Assembly: GCA_016748015.1 (NCBI GenBank) | Contig: JAAOMT010000543.1 | Span: 1 to 64,000 of the forward strand | DNA from: Geosiphon pyriformis uo1 | Lineage: Eukaryota > Fungi > Glomeromycota | Direction: 5' to 3' | Length of the DNA stretch: 64,000 nucleotides | In this document: positions 40,052 through 54,603 of the stretch, one piece after another | Layout of the letters: each line of letters begins with the position of its first letter | How positions within the stretch are numbered: the first letter of the stretch is position 1 | Notes under the pieces: generated by a model | Seen by the model: the letters and a program-made list of their open reading frames with translations, nothing else | Told to the model about the DNA's origin: nothing | Databases searched by the model: none | Translations under genes and position numbers: made by a program

Positions 40052-42328
40052 TTATATTAAATTCTGATATGCATAAGGTTGGTTTACTTGGGAAATTTGC
40101 GAGGAATAAATTCCTGACGCAAATTCTGGTGCAATTTCAAATAAATGATTGTCTTGCATCAATTCAACAACCTGTATATGTTCTAATTGTGACTGTATTT
40201 GAAAGATTTGTTGTGGTGACAGTTGGTGTTGCTGTTCGGAATTGAGACTGTTTGTTGTGACCATTTCAATATCTGAAATCGATTGCAATGTTCCCGTCCA
40301 TGGATAATACTCGATTGGAGTTGTAGGTGTTGGTGGCAAATCCGAATTCACATGATTTAGTTGATTAATAGCTGAGTTGTTATAAGATGGTGGTAACCAT
40401 TGATGAGTCAGAGTTGAGTCAAGTGAAGAAGTAATAGGAATATTTTCCAAGTTAACCTGAGAGTTTTCATTAATGGGTAATGTCTGGCCAAAGGAGGTTT
40501 CAAATTCAAGTGTTTCTAAAGCAGGGGTTAACAGGTTGTGAGATGATTCAGTTAAAATTGAAAGTTGTGGTTTTATATCTCGCATATAGTTTAGCATAGA
40601 ATTTTCTTGAATTAAAGATTGGCCATTAACATCGTGCTCAAAACTACAACCACCCAAGATCTGATTCATGATAAAATTTTCAAGCATTGGAGATTGTGAT
40701 TGTAATGTAGGAGAGGTGTTAACATTGGAAGAATTTGAAAGTAAATGAAAGTTTTGTTGTTGTTGTTGTTCAAGTGGAGAGGGTAAAGGCGAAGCATATG
40801 TAGAATATTGTTCTGGGGGAAAAGAGTTTAAATGTTGTTGAGATTGAGTGGAAGAAGAAGAAGAAGAAGAAGAAGAAGAAAGTTGATCAAAGGAGAATTC
40901 AGGGCAATGGTCAATCTGGCTATTGTACAATTGGTTATTTACATTTGAATTTATCCAAAGGATGGGTAAGTTTATATTGGAAGGTGAATTGATTTTCTCA
41001 GGAACAATGGCATTATTTGTGTCTGATGCAACTTCGAGTTGCGTCACATTGAAGTTTTCGGAATTATTGGAAAAATTTGAGCAAACGATTGGTTGTTGTG
41101 AATGGTGGATTTGATTTTTGGTCTCTAATGGATTTATATCAAAAACCGTAAAAGCTGATTCCATTGATGCTTGTTGACGATGCTCATATGGAACTTGAGA
41201 TTTGTGACCTTTGGCAATTTTTGATCTGGACTTTGACTTTGACTTTGAATCGGCTGAAAATTGTTCTAAAGAACAATTTGTCTCACCATTGGCATTAACT
41301 TTGGTTTTGCTATCTCTTTTTTGTGGCTTATACTTGTAGAACGGATGCATCCTTTTATGTTCAACAAGAGCGACATCGGCTTCTCGTTGATAACGTAATT
41401 TTACGTGTTCCGGTTCTTCTCGCCACATTTCTGCCACAGTTTTCGATGGATGCCGAACATCGGGCCTTGCACGCATATTATTTGACTTTAATTGTGCCAA
41501 TTCCCTGGACTTTGTTCGGTGATAAATGATGAAAGCATTGGGCGGCCTTGGGACTTTAGAGTCATTAGGTTTAGATAGTGTAGAGGTAGTGGAAAGCTTT
41601 CGTTTTTTCGTAGTCTCTTTTTGTGAGAGAAACTTTTTGAAAGAAAGATGAAAAAAAATTAAAAATTAAATTTAATACCAAAAGATAGATAATTATTTCA
41701 TGAAAGTGATATATATATATATATATATTTATATGAAATTATTTTGAATAATTACCTGATGATAAGCTTCGGAAGGCCAAGAAAATTGACCCTTCCCTAA
41801 ATCAACAATCGCCATTTTATTATTGTCTTCAGTGTGTTTTCTTTTTTCTGAAGAATAAGAGAAAGAATTCTGAAGTTCAGCTTTTCTATCACCAAGAGGA
41901 ATCGTTGATAAAGAAGAAGAAAAAGAAGAAGAAGAACAAGAAGAAGGAGAACAAGAAGAAGAAGAAGAAGAAGAAGAAGAAGAAGAAGAAGAAGAAGAAG
42001 AAGAAGGGGAGGTAGGATATTGAGGATGATGATACGTCAATGAAGATGGGATTGATTTGGATAAGGAGTTTTTGTTAATGATTTGTTCCTTTATTATAGA
42101 GGGTTTGATTGAAAAAGAAGAGTTTGGTATATCACTTTCTATTAAAGCTTTGGTTAATACTTTGTGAGGAATGATTTGAGGTCGATGATGATGATTATGT
42201 TGTTGTTGTTGTTGTTGTTGTTTTTGATTATGATAATGTTGATGTTGGTTTATGGTAGGATTGAGAGTTTTCAAAAGAATTTGGGAAGATAAAAATGAAT
42301 TTAATGACCCAGTGGGTTTAGTTTCCAT
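40052..42328 (-). CDS. MATA/SOX-TCF-type HMG-box transcription factor, 2 exons, about 717 aa
   Basis: Exons 42328-41756 and 41632-40052 join in phase 0. HMG box: KVPRPPNAFIIYHRTKSREL...SKTVAEMWREEPEHVKLRYQREADVALVEHKRMHPFYKYKPQKR. Flanked by poly-Q/H/S and N/Q/S/P-rich low-complexity regions. Confidence 0.92.
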
Positions 42329-42429
42329 ACTTTAAAAATACGTCCTTTTAAATAGTTGAAACTTGAGTAGTTGTCGTTGTCCAAATTGACGACAAAAAAA
42401 ACCAAATAAATATATTGGTGTGTGTGTGT

Positions 42430-42460
<31 letters not shown>

Positions 42461-42790
42461 ATCGCGTTTATAAAAATCCCAATTCTCGGTTCAAAAAAAA
42501 AAAAAGAAATTATATCCAAACTTGAAAACTTGCAGAAATTGTAATAAGAAAAAAAAAAGGATTGTTTTAAGTAAGTAAGTAATATATATATATATATATA
42601 TATATATACCGTCAAAAGGAATGAAGCTTTTATGAACACACCACAACTCTCTTTCAAAAAGAAGGATGAAAAAGAATCAAAAAACCGAATAATGAACTGT
42701 TGAAGCAGTGTCTCGTTGGGCTTCGCGAACTTTAGTGACCAGCTTATATGTTTTCAACTTTGTTAAATGATCACGAAGATTTGTTAAAAG

Positions 42791-42838
<48 letters not shown>

Positions 42839-42979
42839 TAATAATATATGCAATTGATTATTAACATTTAAACTAATCAAAGTAATTTAAATATATATAA
42901 TATTATATGATCTACACCTTCAATGAGTGCATTGATGCACAAATTTATTTATTTATTTATTTTTTTTACATTGTAAAGG

Positions 42980-43014
<35 letters not shown>

Positions 43015-44785
43015 ATATGTATATAAATATAAAATAATAATATAATATATAAAATAAAACAAAATAGAATAGAATAAATGAAAATAAAATAAAATAAAAT
43101 AAAATAAAATAAAATAAAATTAAATGAAATGAAATCTTTTAAAAGAAGCTATTTTGATTTTTTTCCCCGAATATTTGATAAAAAACTTTTTTCTCATTCT
43201 AATTTGTAAAGACCTTATCTACCCAGAAAATAATTTTTTGAATAATTTAAAATTTTAAACTATTCCAACAACAAAATATCTGGAAAAACCAAATAATAAA
43301 AACAGTATAGAATGAACTTTTTTTATTTTTTTTTTAAAAAAAATTCGCCAAATATTTTAAATCTAACCAATGTCCCTCTTCCTTCCCTTTGAACTAGTAT
43401 TAGCAGCAAACATATAAACAATCGAGATCTAGATTTTTTTGAGCGAATGAGCCCCTGTAAATTTCCTGATAAAATATTTAAACTGGGCATTTAATTTATC
43501 CTAACGAATTTTCATTTTTTTGAAAGATTTTTTCGGCGACGACGACGACAAAACTTTTTTTGATTACATTTTATTAATGGTGATGATGGTGATGGTGGTG
43601 GTGGTGGATCATCGCTGATCTTTTTCCCGGATTAACTTCCCTTTCTGATTTGATGCAGGTACTGGGACGACAGTCTTCCAATAAAACTATATTGATAAAA
43701 GGGAGAAGATAATGAAATCAAAAAATAGTAATTAAAATTTGATCTTGATATACAATTATTTTTGATGATAAATGGTAAAGAATTACGATCGATAAAAAAA
43801 TCTTAATAAACATAGTTCCTTTTAATAAAAGAAACAAAAATAATATCATTGACAAAATATCGAGGCAGAACAATTTTCTTTTAAGGTAGTATACATGAAA
43901 GATTTACTCCCTGGTTCTTTTAAGAGGAATTTTTTATGTTTTACATTTTAGTTTTTAATTTAATGTTTCAAAAAAGATCATCAAATAATAATGACTGTCT
44001 GACTGCAGAAAGAGAAATGAAACGTTCAAATAGTGATAAAATTCAATCAATTATCATTCACGCCATTAATTTTTAATTAAAAGATTAAATACAAAATTAT
44101 GAAATAATTATGTGAAACCATATGTATTAAAATCACCAACAAATTTGATCCCTGAGGGAATCTATAGATTCAAATAATTTCAAAGACTATTTGAAATTTT
44201 TAAATTCTGAAATTTTTTCATCATGAAAAACAAAAACATGTGGATACCACTGCTTAATTTTACATGGATATTTAAATCAGGTGATCCCTTTTTCTATGAA
44301 AAGTTTTAAATATCTAAAATTTTTCAAGTTATGAACGTTGATAGATTACTGTGAACTCAGATCGGGGGCTTCATTAAAACAAGATCGAGACTTGTTTGCA
44401 GTTTTTTAAAAAAACATGGTTTCAATGAGATCCATCATCCAATGAAAGGAAAATTTCAGTTAACTACTATTACTATTACTATTACTACTATTACTACTAT
44501 TACTACTATTACTACTATTACTATAATTAGAAAATCCTAGAAATTTTGAGTTTATGTTACCATCGATCATCTTTAAATATTGTACTATGATGCAATTATG
44601 CTACTAATTAACTGGTGCATTAAGAATTAGCATATTCTCCTTAGTTCTTTTTTTGAATATCACCGTAGTTCCTGAAACCAAATGTAGTTTAATTGGTGCA
44701 CAAATAAACTTTGATAGTGCAAAAATTGTATGCTTTTAACCCAATCAGTCAAGACTTTTTTTCAAAAAAAAAGTCTCGAATATTA

Positions 44786-44835
<50 letters not shown>

Positions 44836-45920
44836 AATAGATTTAATTAACCTTTTCTTTTTTCATTTTTTACTCTCTTGTTGCACTGAAAAGCCAAAAA
44901 TAATCAATACCAAAGAAACCAATGAAATTTGATGGTTTCTATGAAATTATTTTAACTAATTTGTTTTCTATACAAAAAACTTTTGAAATTTAATTATCCT
45001 CTGAATCAGGATATCTTTAACTTACTAATTGCTATAATGATTACCCTTTATTGATTAAAATAATTTAAACATTTGAGGCAATGAATTATTTGTGAAAAAA
45101 ACTATTAAGGGGATTTCCTTTATAAAAAATTACAATCTACTAAATCTAGAAATTTAACATATTTACAGGGGGACTAGAGTAAAATAATAACGTTATCCTT
45201 TCAAAAGCACTATGTAGATTAAGAAATTCTATTGGTCATTTATTTTTTATTTTTATTTTTGGAGGGGGAGGGGCCTGAGATCAGCGAAAATTGAACAGGA
45301 TGCCAAGAATTTACGTCACCAAAATCAGGAAAAAAAAAACGACTAATTAGGATGAACCCGAATTCCACAAATTCAGAGTTTTAAGTAATTCCCAAAAGTC
45401 ATTAACTTTGAATTTTTATTACAAAATCCTAAATAAAAAAAAAATGTCAGTATTATTGATTTTTAATTTTCGATTTTCGTAACAACTTGAACCAATTCTC
45501 GGAATAAATTCAAATAGACATAACCCCTAAAGATGGTAAAAAAAAAAAAAAAAAAAAATTTTTCTTTGTAATTTTTTGTTGACAAAATATTTGGCTATTT
45601 ATGAAACGAGATGTTAAATAGTGGTCTCTAAACATGTTTAAAATCAAGAAATATATTTTTTTGGTCTAAAAAATTTAAAAGTTTAAGATTATAATAGTAT
45701 AGAAATTTAAAGTATAAATCTTTGATAGAAACGAAATATTTCAAATTCATGGATTATATTTGAAATGTGTACTCTTATGAAAAAGAAAAAAAAAATGAGA
45801 ATAACAGTTGAACTCTAAAAAATAATACTTTTTAATAAATATATATATATATTTATTTATTTATTTATTTATTTTGATCACCATATTGAAAAATAATCTT
45901 TAATTCAACAAATTAGATCC

Positions 45921-46045
45921 CAAGAAAACGAATACCATTTAAAAAGTTTCTAATCAAGAAAACGAATACCATTTAAAAAGTTTCTAACCAAGAACACAGA
46001 TACAATTTAGAAAGTTCCTAACCAAGAACACGGAAAATTTTAAAA
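45921..46045 (+). repeat. 34-bp minisatellite, about 3.5 copies
   Basis: 'caagaaaacgaataccatttaaaaagtttctaa(t/c)' twice, then progressively diverged copies; no spacers. Confidence 0.85.
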
Positions 46046-47069
46046 CTTGTTCAATATCAACAATTTTTTTTTTTTTAAAAAAAAAAAGTGGGAGGAGAGG
46101 TCATCCTTTTTTTAATTATTTGTATAAACAAAAGGCCACAAGGGAATTTTTTTTATAAAAATATCAAGTTTTACCCAAAACTAACGTATTTTCGCGTTTC
46201 CGGTTTATTTAATTATTTTTACACTTTCGGAAATATCACTATTTAAATACAAAAAATATGCTAAATTTTAAAATTTAGGAAATTTACAAATAAAAATTGC
46301 ACACAAATATTTTTTAAATTTCAAATATTTTTTTCCATCTTGCCTTTTTTGTATAAAATTAAACAAAAATTGAAACATTAAAAAGGAGTAAAAAGCAAAA
46401 AAAGTCATAAACAAATGATTAACAATTTTATGTGAACCCTAGATTAATTGTATGATGTTTAAAGTTAAAATAAATAAATAAGTAAATAAATAAAGATAGT
46501 TTAATAAAAATAAAGTTGGCGATCTAACTAAACTAACACCCATGTTTTAAAAGTTGTGTATCGTAGTATAAATTTCTTGTTAAACCATAAAAGATGTTTT
46601 ATCAAACTTGCCTTTTTTTATTATTTTTCAAAATCTCAAGAGTATTTTAGTTGATGTTGATTTATTTTTTTGAATTACTGAGAGAGTAAAATAAGTTTAT
46701 GCCCGAAATAATTTTCAACTTTAAAATTAGAAATTTATTTTCTTCTGTGTATATATGTATGTATGTATGTATGTGTGTATTTGTGTGTATATATATGTGT
46801 GTGTATATATGTATATGTGTATGTGATTCATTAAAGAACCCATGAGCTAGTCTCTATTCAATTTCCTTCTAAAGCATGGGTAAAAATGAAACAGGTCACA
46901 AATTAAAATATATATATATACATACCAATTGTTCCAAGGGAGCCTTAACCATAGTTCCCCCCCCCCCTCCCCCCATGTGGCTTTATTAAAATTTAATTAC
47001 ATGCCTAAACTTTTGATTTTTTTGTCAACGGATATGACTCTAAGAGGGGGGAAATATGTTTGTCATACA

Positions 47070-47100
47070 ATGCTGCTGCTGCTGCTGCTGTTGTTGTTGT

Positions 47101-47134
<34 letters not shown>

Positions 47135-47141
47135 GTTGCTG
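47070..47141. repeat. (TGC)n(TGT)n microsatellite
   Basis: Direct inspection; it explains the poly-Cys and poly-Leu ORFs. Confidence 0.9.
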
Positions 47142-47414
47142 CCGAGATAATGACCATGATCACAGGCTAGAAATTATCAAAGGCATTTTCAAAAGCTTCC
47201 TTCCTTTTTCAATAAAGGACAAAGAATCAAATATAAATTTTTTAAAATTAATTATCTAATAAAATATTAATGTTAATTAAACAATGTCACTTACTTAAAC
47301 TATTAATGTCGTCCAAAATTTTCAAAAGTTTTTTCATTTCATTTTATTTTATTTAATTTTATTTTATTTTATTTAATTTTATTCTTTTTTTGAACATTTA
47401 ATATTTTTCTTATC

Positions 47415-47452
<38 letters not shown>

Positions 47453-48049
47453 TTTACTACGAAATTGTTTTGTGTAGTATAAAATTATCAAACTCCTATA
47501 AATTTATAAATATTCTAAAGAAAAAGAGATAAAGACAAAGGAAAAGATGAACAAAATCAATTGTGAAAAATAAAATAAAAAATAAAAAATAATAAAAATA
47601 AAAAATAAAAAAGTATAGAGAGCTGCACAATTTTTTTTTCTTTTTTTAAACAGTGACAATTCATCCTAATTAGTGAAATTTTTAAACAAAGATCAGAGAT
47701 AAAAAAATTTTTATAAATAATTTTTTGATTCGTATGAAAAAAAAAGTCTGCAAAAGATAAACTTTAGAATTTTTGCAGGCTGTTGCATAAAAATAATAAA
47801 TTTAGAACCTTTCTACTTTAATATTCTTTGAAAATAAATTTATCCCTGTTCTACAAGCAAGGCTCAAGTCCAACAAAAAAAAGGAATTGATTAACGAAAA
47901 AATTGCTGCAGCTTTTAAATAGCAATTAAAACAAATTCAGCTCGAGCATCAGATGATGCCACAAAAGTTGGTATCTTTTTTTTTGATAAACTCTTAATTT
48001 TCTTTGGAAAAGAAAAAATTAATCTCTCATTGTTCAAGATTTCCGAGCA

Positions 48050-48088
<39 letters not shown>

Positions 48089-48149
48089 TTAGGGTTTTTT
48101 TTTTTGAGATTGAAAATTGTTTGGATTCATGCCTTTTGAACAATATCTT

Positions 48150-48190
<41 letters not shown>

Positions 48191-48194
48191 TTTA

Positions 48195-48770
48195 NNNNNN
48201 NNNNNNNNNNNNNNNNNNNNNNNNNNNNNNNNNNNNNNNNNNNNNNNNNNNNNNNNNNNNNNNNNNNNNNNNNNNNNNNNNNNNNNNNNNNNNNNNNNNN
48301 NNNNNNNNNNNNNNNNNNNNNNNNNNNNNNNNNNNNNNNNNNNNNNNNNNNNNNNNNNNNNNNNNNNNNNNNNNNNNNNNNNNNNNNNNNNNNNNNNNNN
48401 NNNNNNNNNNNNNNNNNNNNNNNNNNNNNNNNNNNNNNNNNNNNNNNNNNNNNNNNNNNNNNNNNNNNNNNNNNNNNNNNNNNNNNNNNNNNNNNNNNNN
48501 NNNNNNNNNNNNNNNNNNNNNNNNNNNNNNNNNNNNNNNNNNNNNNNNNNNNNNNNNNNNNNNNNNNNNNNNNNNNNNNNNNNNNNNNNNNNNNNNNNNN
48601 NNNNNNNNNNNNNNNNNNNNNNNNNNNNNNNNNNNNNNNNNNNNNNNNNNNNNNNNNNNNNNNNNNNNNNNNNNNNNNNNNNNNNNNNNNNNNNNNNNNN
48701 NNNNNNNNNNNNNNNNNNNNNNNNNNNNNNNNNNNNNNNNNNNNNNNNNNNNNNNNNNNNNNNNNNNNNT
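48195..48770. other. Assembly gap (N run) beside poly-T
   Basis: N characters. Confidence 1.
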
Positions 48771-49842
48771 TTTTTTTAATTCAAGAAAAAAAAAAGAATT
48801 AAACACACAAAATATTCCCACGTTGAAAAAAAATAATTATAAAATTTTTATATCAACATCCAATAGATAAGAAATAAATCATTAATTAAAAATCTTTGCG
48901 ATACTAGTTTAAAAAAAATGAAATCAGTGGTTCAAAGTTTTTTTTCTTTTTTTCTTTTCAATAACAAAAAGAATTCAATAAGTCCAGAGTCCAGAGTCCA
49001 GAGTTACAAAATTAAAAATTAATATTCTGAATTAATAAGAGTATTTTAAAATAAAATAAAATAAAAAATTAGTGCCAATCAATGTTACTTTTATCATGAA
49101 AGCTTCGAATTTTCTTTTAATTTTAAGAAAAAAAAATTCACAGTTCCATTGAATTTAGATTAAATTTCACAAAATGCACAAGTTTTTCCATCAAAAAAAA
49201 AATACAAAACGAGAATATAGTTGAAAATGAAAATATCGTCAAATAAAAAAAAAAAATGTTGAAAACAAAATTTTTGAGGCCTATTTTCGTGATCCAAATA
49301 GTCGGTTCATCCCCAAAAAGAACAAAAATTATTATCAACTAATCTCCGATTGATCCAAACTAAGGGTACTGGATGCTTTCCCTCAAAAATAAAAAATAAA
49401 AATTCTATTAATCTGTTCGACGATTCGTCAACAAGTTTTACAATCTGTAATATCAAAAAAGTATATTCCAGACCCCACGTTTAAAAAATATAGAAGAGAG
49501 GACAAATGAGAAATGGTAATGATCTACGAATAAATAATAAAATTTTGAATTTTGAATTTGGATTTTCGTTCTAGCGTTTCATCATATTTGAAGCAATTAA
49601 ACTTCATCGTCTTAAAAATTATTGATACGGAAAAAAAAGCGCGGGAACTAAAGTATCACCCTAACAAAAATCCTTTAAAAGGCAAATATCTTAGCCCATC
49701 TACTTTGATCTGTTCATGGTTTTAAGTAATACAAAGTTCAGTAATACAAAGATTACCATAAAAGGTTTTGAGTAGGCCAAAAATTGGTACCGATTGACAA
49801 AAACTAATAAAATTTCAAACAAATTAACACACACACACACAC

Positions 49843-49873
<31 letters not shown>

Positions 49874-50749
49874 TATATACAACACAAATATACAACACAT
49901 ATACACACCCGGGTAAACAATGAACAAAACTGATCAGAGGACAATAGCAAATTTTGACGTATTAACACAATCCCCTTTTTTTTTTGCATTCCTGAAACTT
50001 ATAATTCTCGAAGAAAAGTCTGGAAAGGATTGGCTTGCATAAGTTTTGATATTTTTTAAATTTGCATCTTTCAAAGATAATTTTTTACAATTAATTTTAT
50101 GAAAATCAATATTCTCACTGGAAAAAAATTTAAAATTTCTCATGAATTTGGACAGAAAAATCTCCCAAAATAAATTTTTGATAAATCTACGAACAACATG
50201 AGTGATATTCTGAACTGCAGAAAATCTCCCAAAAAGATACTTCTATGGTCTTCATATATGTCTTTCATAGAGTGTCAAATAAATCAATGATATTCATATT
50301 AATGAAAGTTTATAAATTGTTAATACCATTCACTGGGTTTGTCCTATCCAATCCTGTCTTTGACCTGAACTGTGACCTTCCCTTAAAAATGATTTTCTGC
50401 ATAAAGCATTATTCTCAATGGTACCAAATAAATGATCTTTTTTTTATTTTTTTAAAAAAAATAAAAAAAAAAGGAATATCAACTTTGTTCTTTCAGCAAA
50501 GTAAAAAGTCTAGAACTCTGCCTCAGAGATAATTATTACGCGATGACGGGTTGACTTTTTTATCTATGATTAACTTTGATGGGAAATCAAATTAAACAAA
50601 TTTAGAAAGAAGAAAGAAATCTATTTATATTAAACTGTACTCTATTTTGAAGATCTAAATGATTTCTGCCACCTTACAATCGAAGAAGGAATGATTGTAA
50701 CAATTCCAAGCCTTCTCAAAAATTTAAAAAACAAATTACTGATCTGCTT

Positions 50750-50799
<50 letters not shown>

Positions 50800-52076
50800 T
50801 AATAATAATGATAATAATAATGATAATGATAATGATAATTATTATTTTATTTTTACTCGGGACCTCTGTCGTTTCAATTTTTAATATCTTGTTCGATTTG
50901 TTGAATCCTTCCGAAAAAATAAACTTTCTTAAAAGCTGTCAATCTAGAAAGTTTGAAATTCATAATGTTCATCTCATAAATCATATAAAGAAAAAATGAT
51001 GCAGTTGAAGGCACCTTGTGAAAATTTAAAATAATCTACTATTTTCATTTTCCTTTCGATAGAAATTGTCGATTTTAAAAATTGATTGCATAATTAAATG
51101 GCGTTAGATCACTGATTATTTTTTCGATTTATTCAGTGATGACTTCAAACATTCTCGCGATTTTTGCTCTTTCAGAGAGAAAAAAAAATGCATGCAAGTT
51201 TTGAAACTTATCAATAGTGAAACAAAAAATAAAAAATGAAAAGTTCATAAAACTCTGAATATTTTTAATTCTAAAGAAACATGAGAAGAAGAAATTAGAA
51301 AGTCTTGAAATAAATAAATAAAAAAAAGAAAAAGGGGGTATTCACAGCCACTAATATGCAATATAAAATGAGAAAATTTTCTTTCGGTATTGATTTAAAT
51401 AATTACATGCAATATGATATAATTTTTGCCTAAATTTCGGAGATTCGTCCTGAAATATTAATGCGGATAGTCATTCACTCAAATTTTTAAGAAATTCAAT
51501 CCCATTAAACAATAATAAAAATACCGACAGGTTGAAAAAATCTAAAAATATCTTTAATCAAAAAATAAGTTCTCGCCCTCAATAATACTTTATTATTAAA
51601 AGACTTTGTTCCTCACGTAAAAATTCATCCTTAAAGATTTGCCCTCACATTACGCAATAGAAATCTAAATTTTCTGTAGTACATTTCGGATCACATTTAA
51701 TTATAAGTTTCAAAGAATATGGCATTCAAAGGAATCTTAAAGAATTTTACTGTGCATCAACTTTTTACTTGCCAAAGATCTCAAGGTTCAGAAATGATTC
51801 TCAACGTTTGGGATGGTGTTGCTATCCATATTTGAAGTAAAGGCGCATACCTTTAAGAATAAAAAACTTTCGAATGAAGTTTTCATACCGATAGAAAGAA
51901 ATTTTGAAAGAAATTTTAATACAGGGAATTTAATGCAAGTGTCACGAACACGACTGGAATTTCATGTTTCTAAACGTCATTCATTATCATCGAAAGGTGT
52001 AGTTATCTAGGCCAACCTGAAAAAAGAAAAATCTTTTTACAAAATGAATCCATTTTCATTAATCAATGTCATCAGC

Positions 52077-52110
<34 letters not shown>

Positions 52111-52588
52111 TTTTTGCTTTGTAACGTTCAAAAAGGAAAATTGAAATACAAAGTTTAAGAAAAGGTCTTTAAAAAAAACTATTTTTGAGCTGAATGACAA
52201 TTTTTTGAAAATCACGATTGAAAGAATCATAATTTCTTTACAATTCAAAAATGGCAGTTAAAAAGATTTATTCAACGCGTTTTAATTCTAATAAAAGATC
52301 AAAATTGATCGACTGCATCTCATATAAACTTTTGTCAAAAATGGATAAATTCATTATCACCAGTGTGAGATGTAACACTAATTATGAACTATTACACAAC
52401 GTGTGCTTGAATTGCATTAATAATATCACGTATAGAAAAGATTTCTGCCCATCAAACGCGTGCCATGCTTCGCGTTCTTGTCTTATATCGACGCACGGCA
52501 GACAAAACATGTATGACAATAGTATTTCGTCTGCATTGCCTTTTAAAAATGTATAGAATTCTAGCCGCTGACGCGTTCTCCAAAATAG

Positions 52589-52635
<47 letters not shown>

Positions 52636-53403
52636 GAATTAATGTAACACCTGGTCTCAAGCAATATGGCGTGATGTCAAGTCCAAAATATACAAAGGTC
52701 TAACATTGTTTTGGATTTTATACATATTACTAGAATAATTAATGTTAATATAAACGAGATAATCGTTTTTGTACTCTTGCTGCAAGGCTTCATTCGGCAA
52801 GAGAGTTTATCCAAAGCTACTGTTGCGTTATAGACGCGTGCAAGCACTCACCATTGATTACAAGTCTCGGGAGGATCAGACAAATAGTTGTAAATCTCAT
52901 TGTATAATATTATGTCACAAATTAAAATCTCAATTTTTAAAAGGCAATTTTGTTTAGCACTAATAATTTGTGTCAACCATGTGGTTGAGCGTTTTTGAAA
53001 ATTAATTTCGTTTCAACTATAATTTTTTATTTTTACATGAAAGAGTCTGCAGTGGAACTTTAAAAAAATTGCCAATTATTTTGATTGTTTTGCCAAATAT
53101 TTTTTACATTATATTTAAAAAAAGAATAGGTAAAAAAAAGTTTAAAATTTATTCTCACAATTAGCAGCACAAAATTAGGATTATAGTTTAAAGATAAAAA
53201 TCAGTGTTACAAAAAAATAATTCTAATTATCGAATCTCAAAATATATTCTCACTTATACAATATATTTAAATTACTTTTTTAACTAAAAAAAAATGTACT
53301 CATCAATAAGCATAACTACTAGATCACACACATAAGTACTAACTGTTTTAAATTTAATCAAGCTTTTTATTTTAATTAATGAAATTTTTATATTTTATTT
53401 AAA

Positions 53404-53433
53404 GTAATAATAATAATAATAATAATAATAATG

Positions 53434-53510
<77 letters not shown>
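53404..53510. repeat. (TAA)n microsatellite; similar tracts at about 22938, 39218, 44785, 48052, 50751 and 52590
   Basis: Direct inspection. Confidence 0.9.
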
Positions 53511-54603
53511 CTGAATTAAGTATATTAGTTTTAAGATTATTTTAAATAATTATATTTTGTTTTTAAGAAACTACTCATTTATAATATTATTTTATTTAAA
53601 CATTTATAAAATACTTTAAAAAATTTATTTTTATGTGATTGGGGATTTTTTCTAAAAAGTTATCATTAGATGAAAAAATTTGTTGCTAAATATTGCAATA
53701 AAAAAATATATTAATCATATTATTTAGTGATAAATGTATTTTATATTAAAAATCATTCCCCCCATTTTAATACAAAAATATGTTTGCTGAAAAGATAAAT
53801 CGGAGTTTTTCGGAATTATATTATCCTTTGGTAATGAAACATCATTCAACTGATTTTGAATGCTACAACATAAAAATCATGGAGTTCTCGAAAATATTAT
53901 ATAAAAAAAAATATATATATCACATTATTTATTTACCTTTTTTCGGTCTTTGCCGACTTCTAAAATAAAAGCTTTGTCCCACTCTTTATACTTTTTTGAC
54001 CAGTGATTCTTTGTAAACAATATTAGGTTTCAAGATAATCAATTCTATTTATGTGATCAATGCTATTTATGTGATCAAGTCATATATATTAGTAAGATAT
54101 TAAACTAATGAAAATCGCTTAATAAGAATCCAATTGGGTTTAATGATATGGTCTTTTTCTTATTTGGACAGTATACTTGAATTTTTTGAAAACTTCATTT
54201 TTTTAACAAGATTTTATCTATCATTGTTAAAGAAATGTGAGTACTACTTGAGACTTTTGGGATTCTTGATTTGTAAAGAAAAGTCCAATTTGAAGTTTAG
54301 TAGCATATTTTTTTTTTGACTAAAATATCATTGCCACGGAACTTTCAGTTAAGAGTGTAAATATTCAATTAACAAAATAAAACCCTTCAAGTTTTCGTCT
54401 TTTTTAATTGCACCCTATACCAACGTCTAGATAAATTTAATGCTTAACACAAAGCAACTGCCTAATTTGTTGGATAAAATAAAAAATTAGCTTTATACGA
54501 GTGAAATATTGATACTGGAATTAAAGGTTTTAAAACAGTCGTAAATGTCGCTGAAAATTTTCCAAACTAATTCATATTAATAAAAATACTACAGGTTCAA
54601 AAA

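Noticed and set aside
40052-42328. Mucorales-type sex (MAT) locus
   Set aside because: No flanking triose-phosphate transporter, RNA helicase or homeodomain pair in the window; HMG-box genes are numerous in these fungi.
45921-46045. CRISPR-like array of 34-bp repeats
   Set aside because: Units are head-to-tail without unique spacers and there are no cas genes; it is an ordinary minisatellite.
46929-47259. Poly-Cys metallothionein-like and poly-Leu ORFs
   Set aside because: Translations of a (TGC/TGT)n microsatellite.
48117-48870. Long ORFs spanning X residues
   Set aside because: Artefacts of the N gap.
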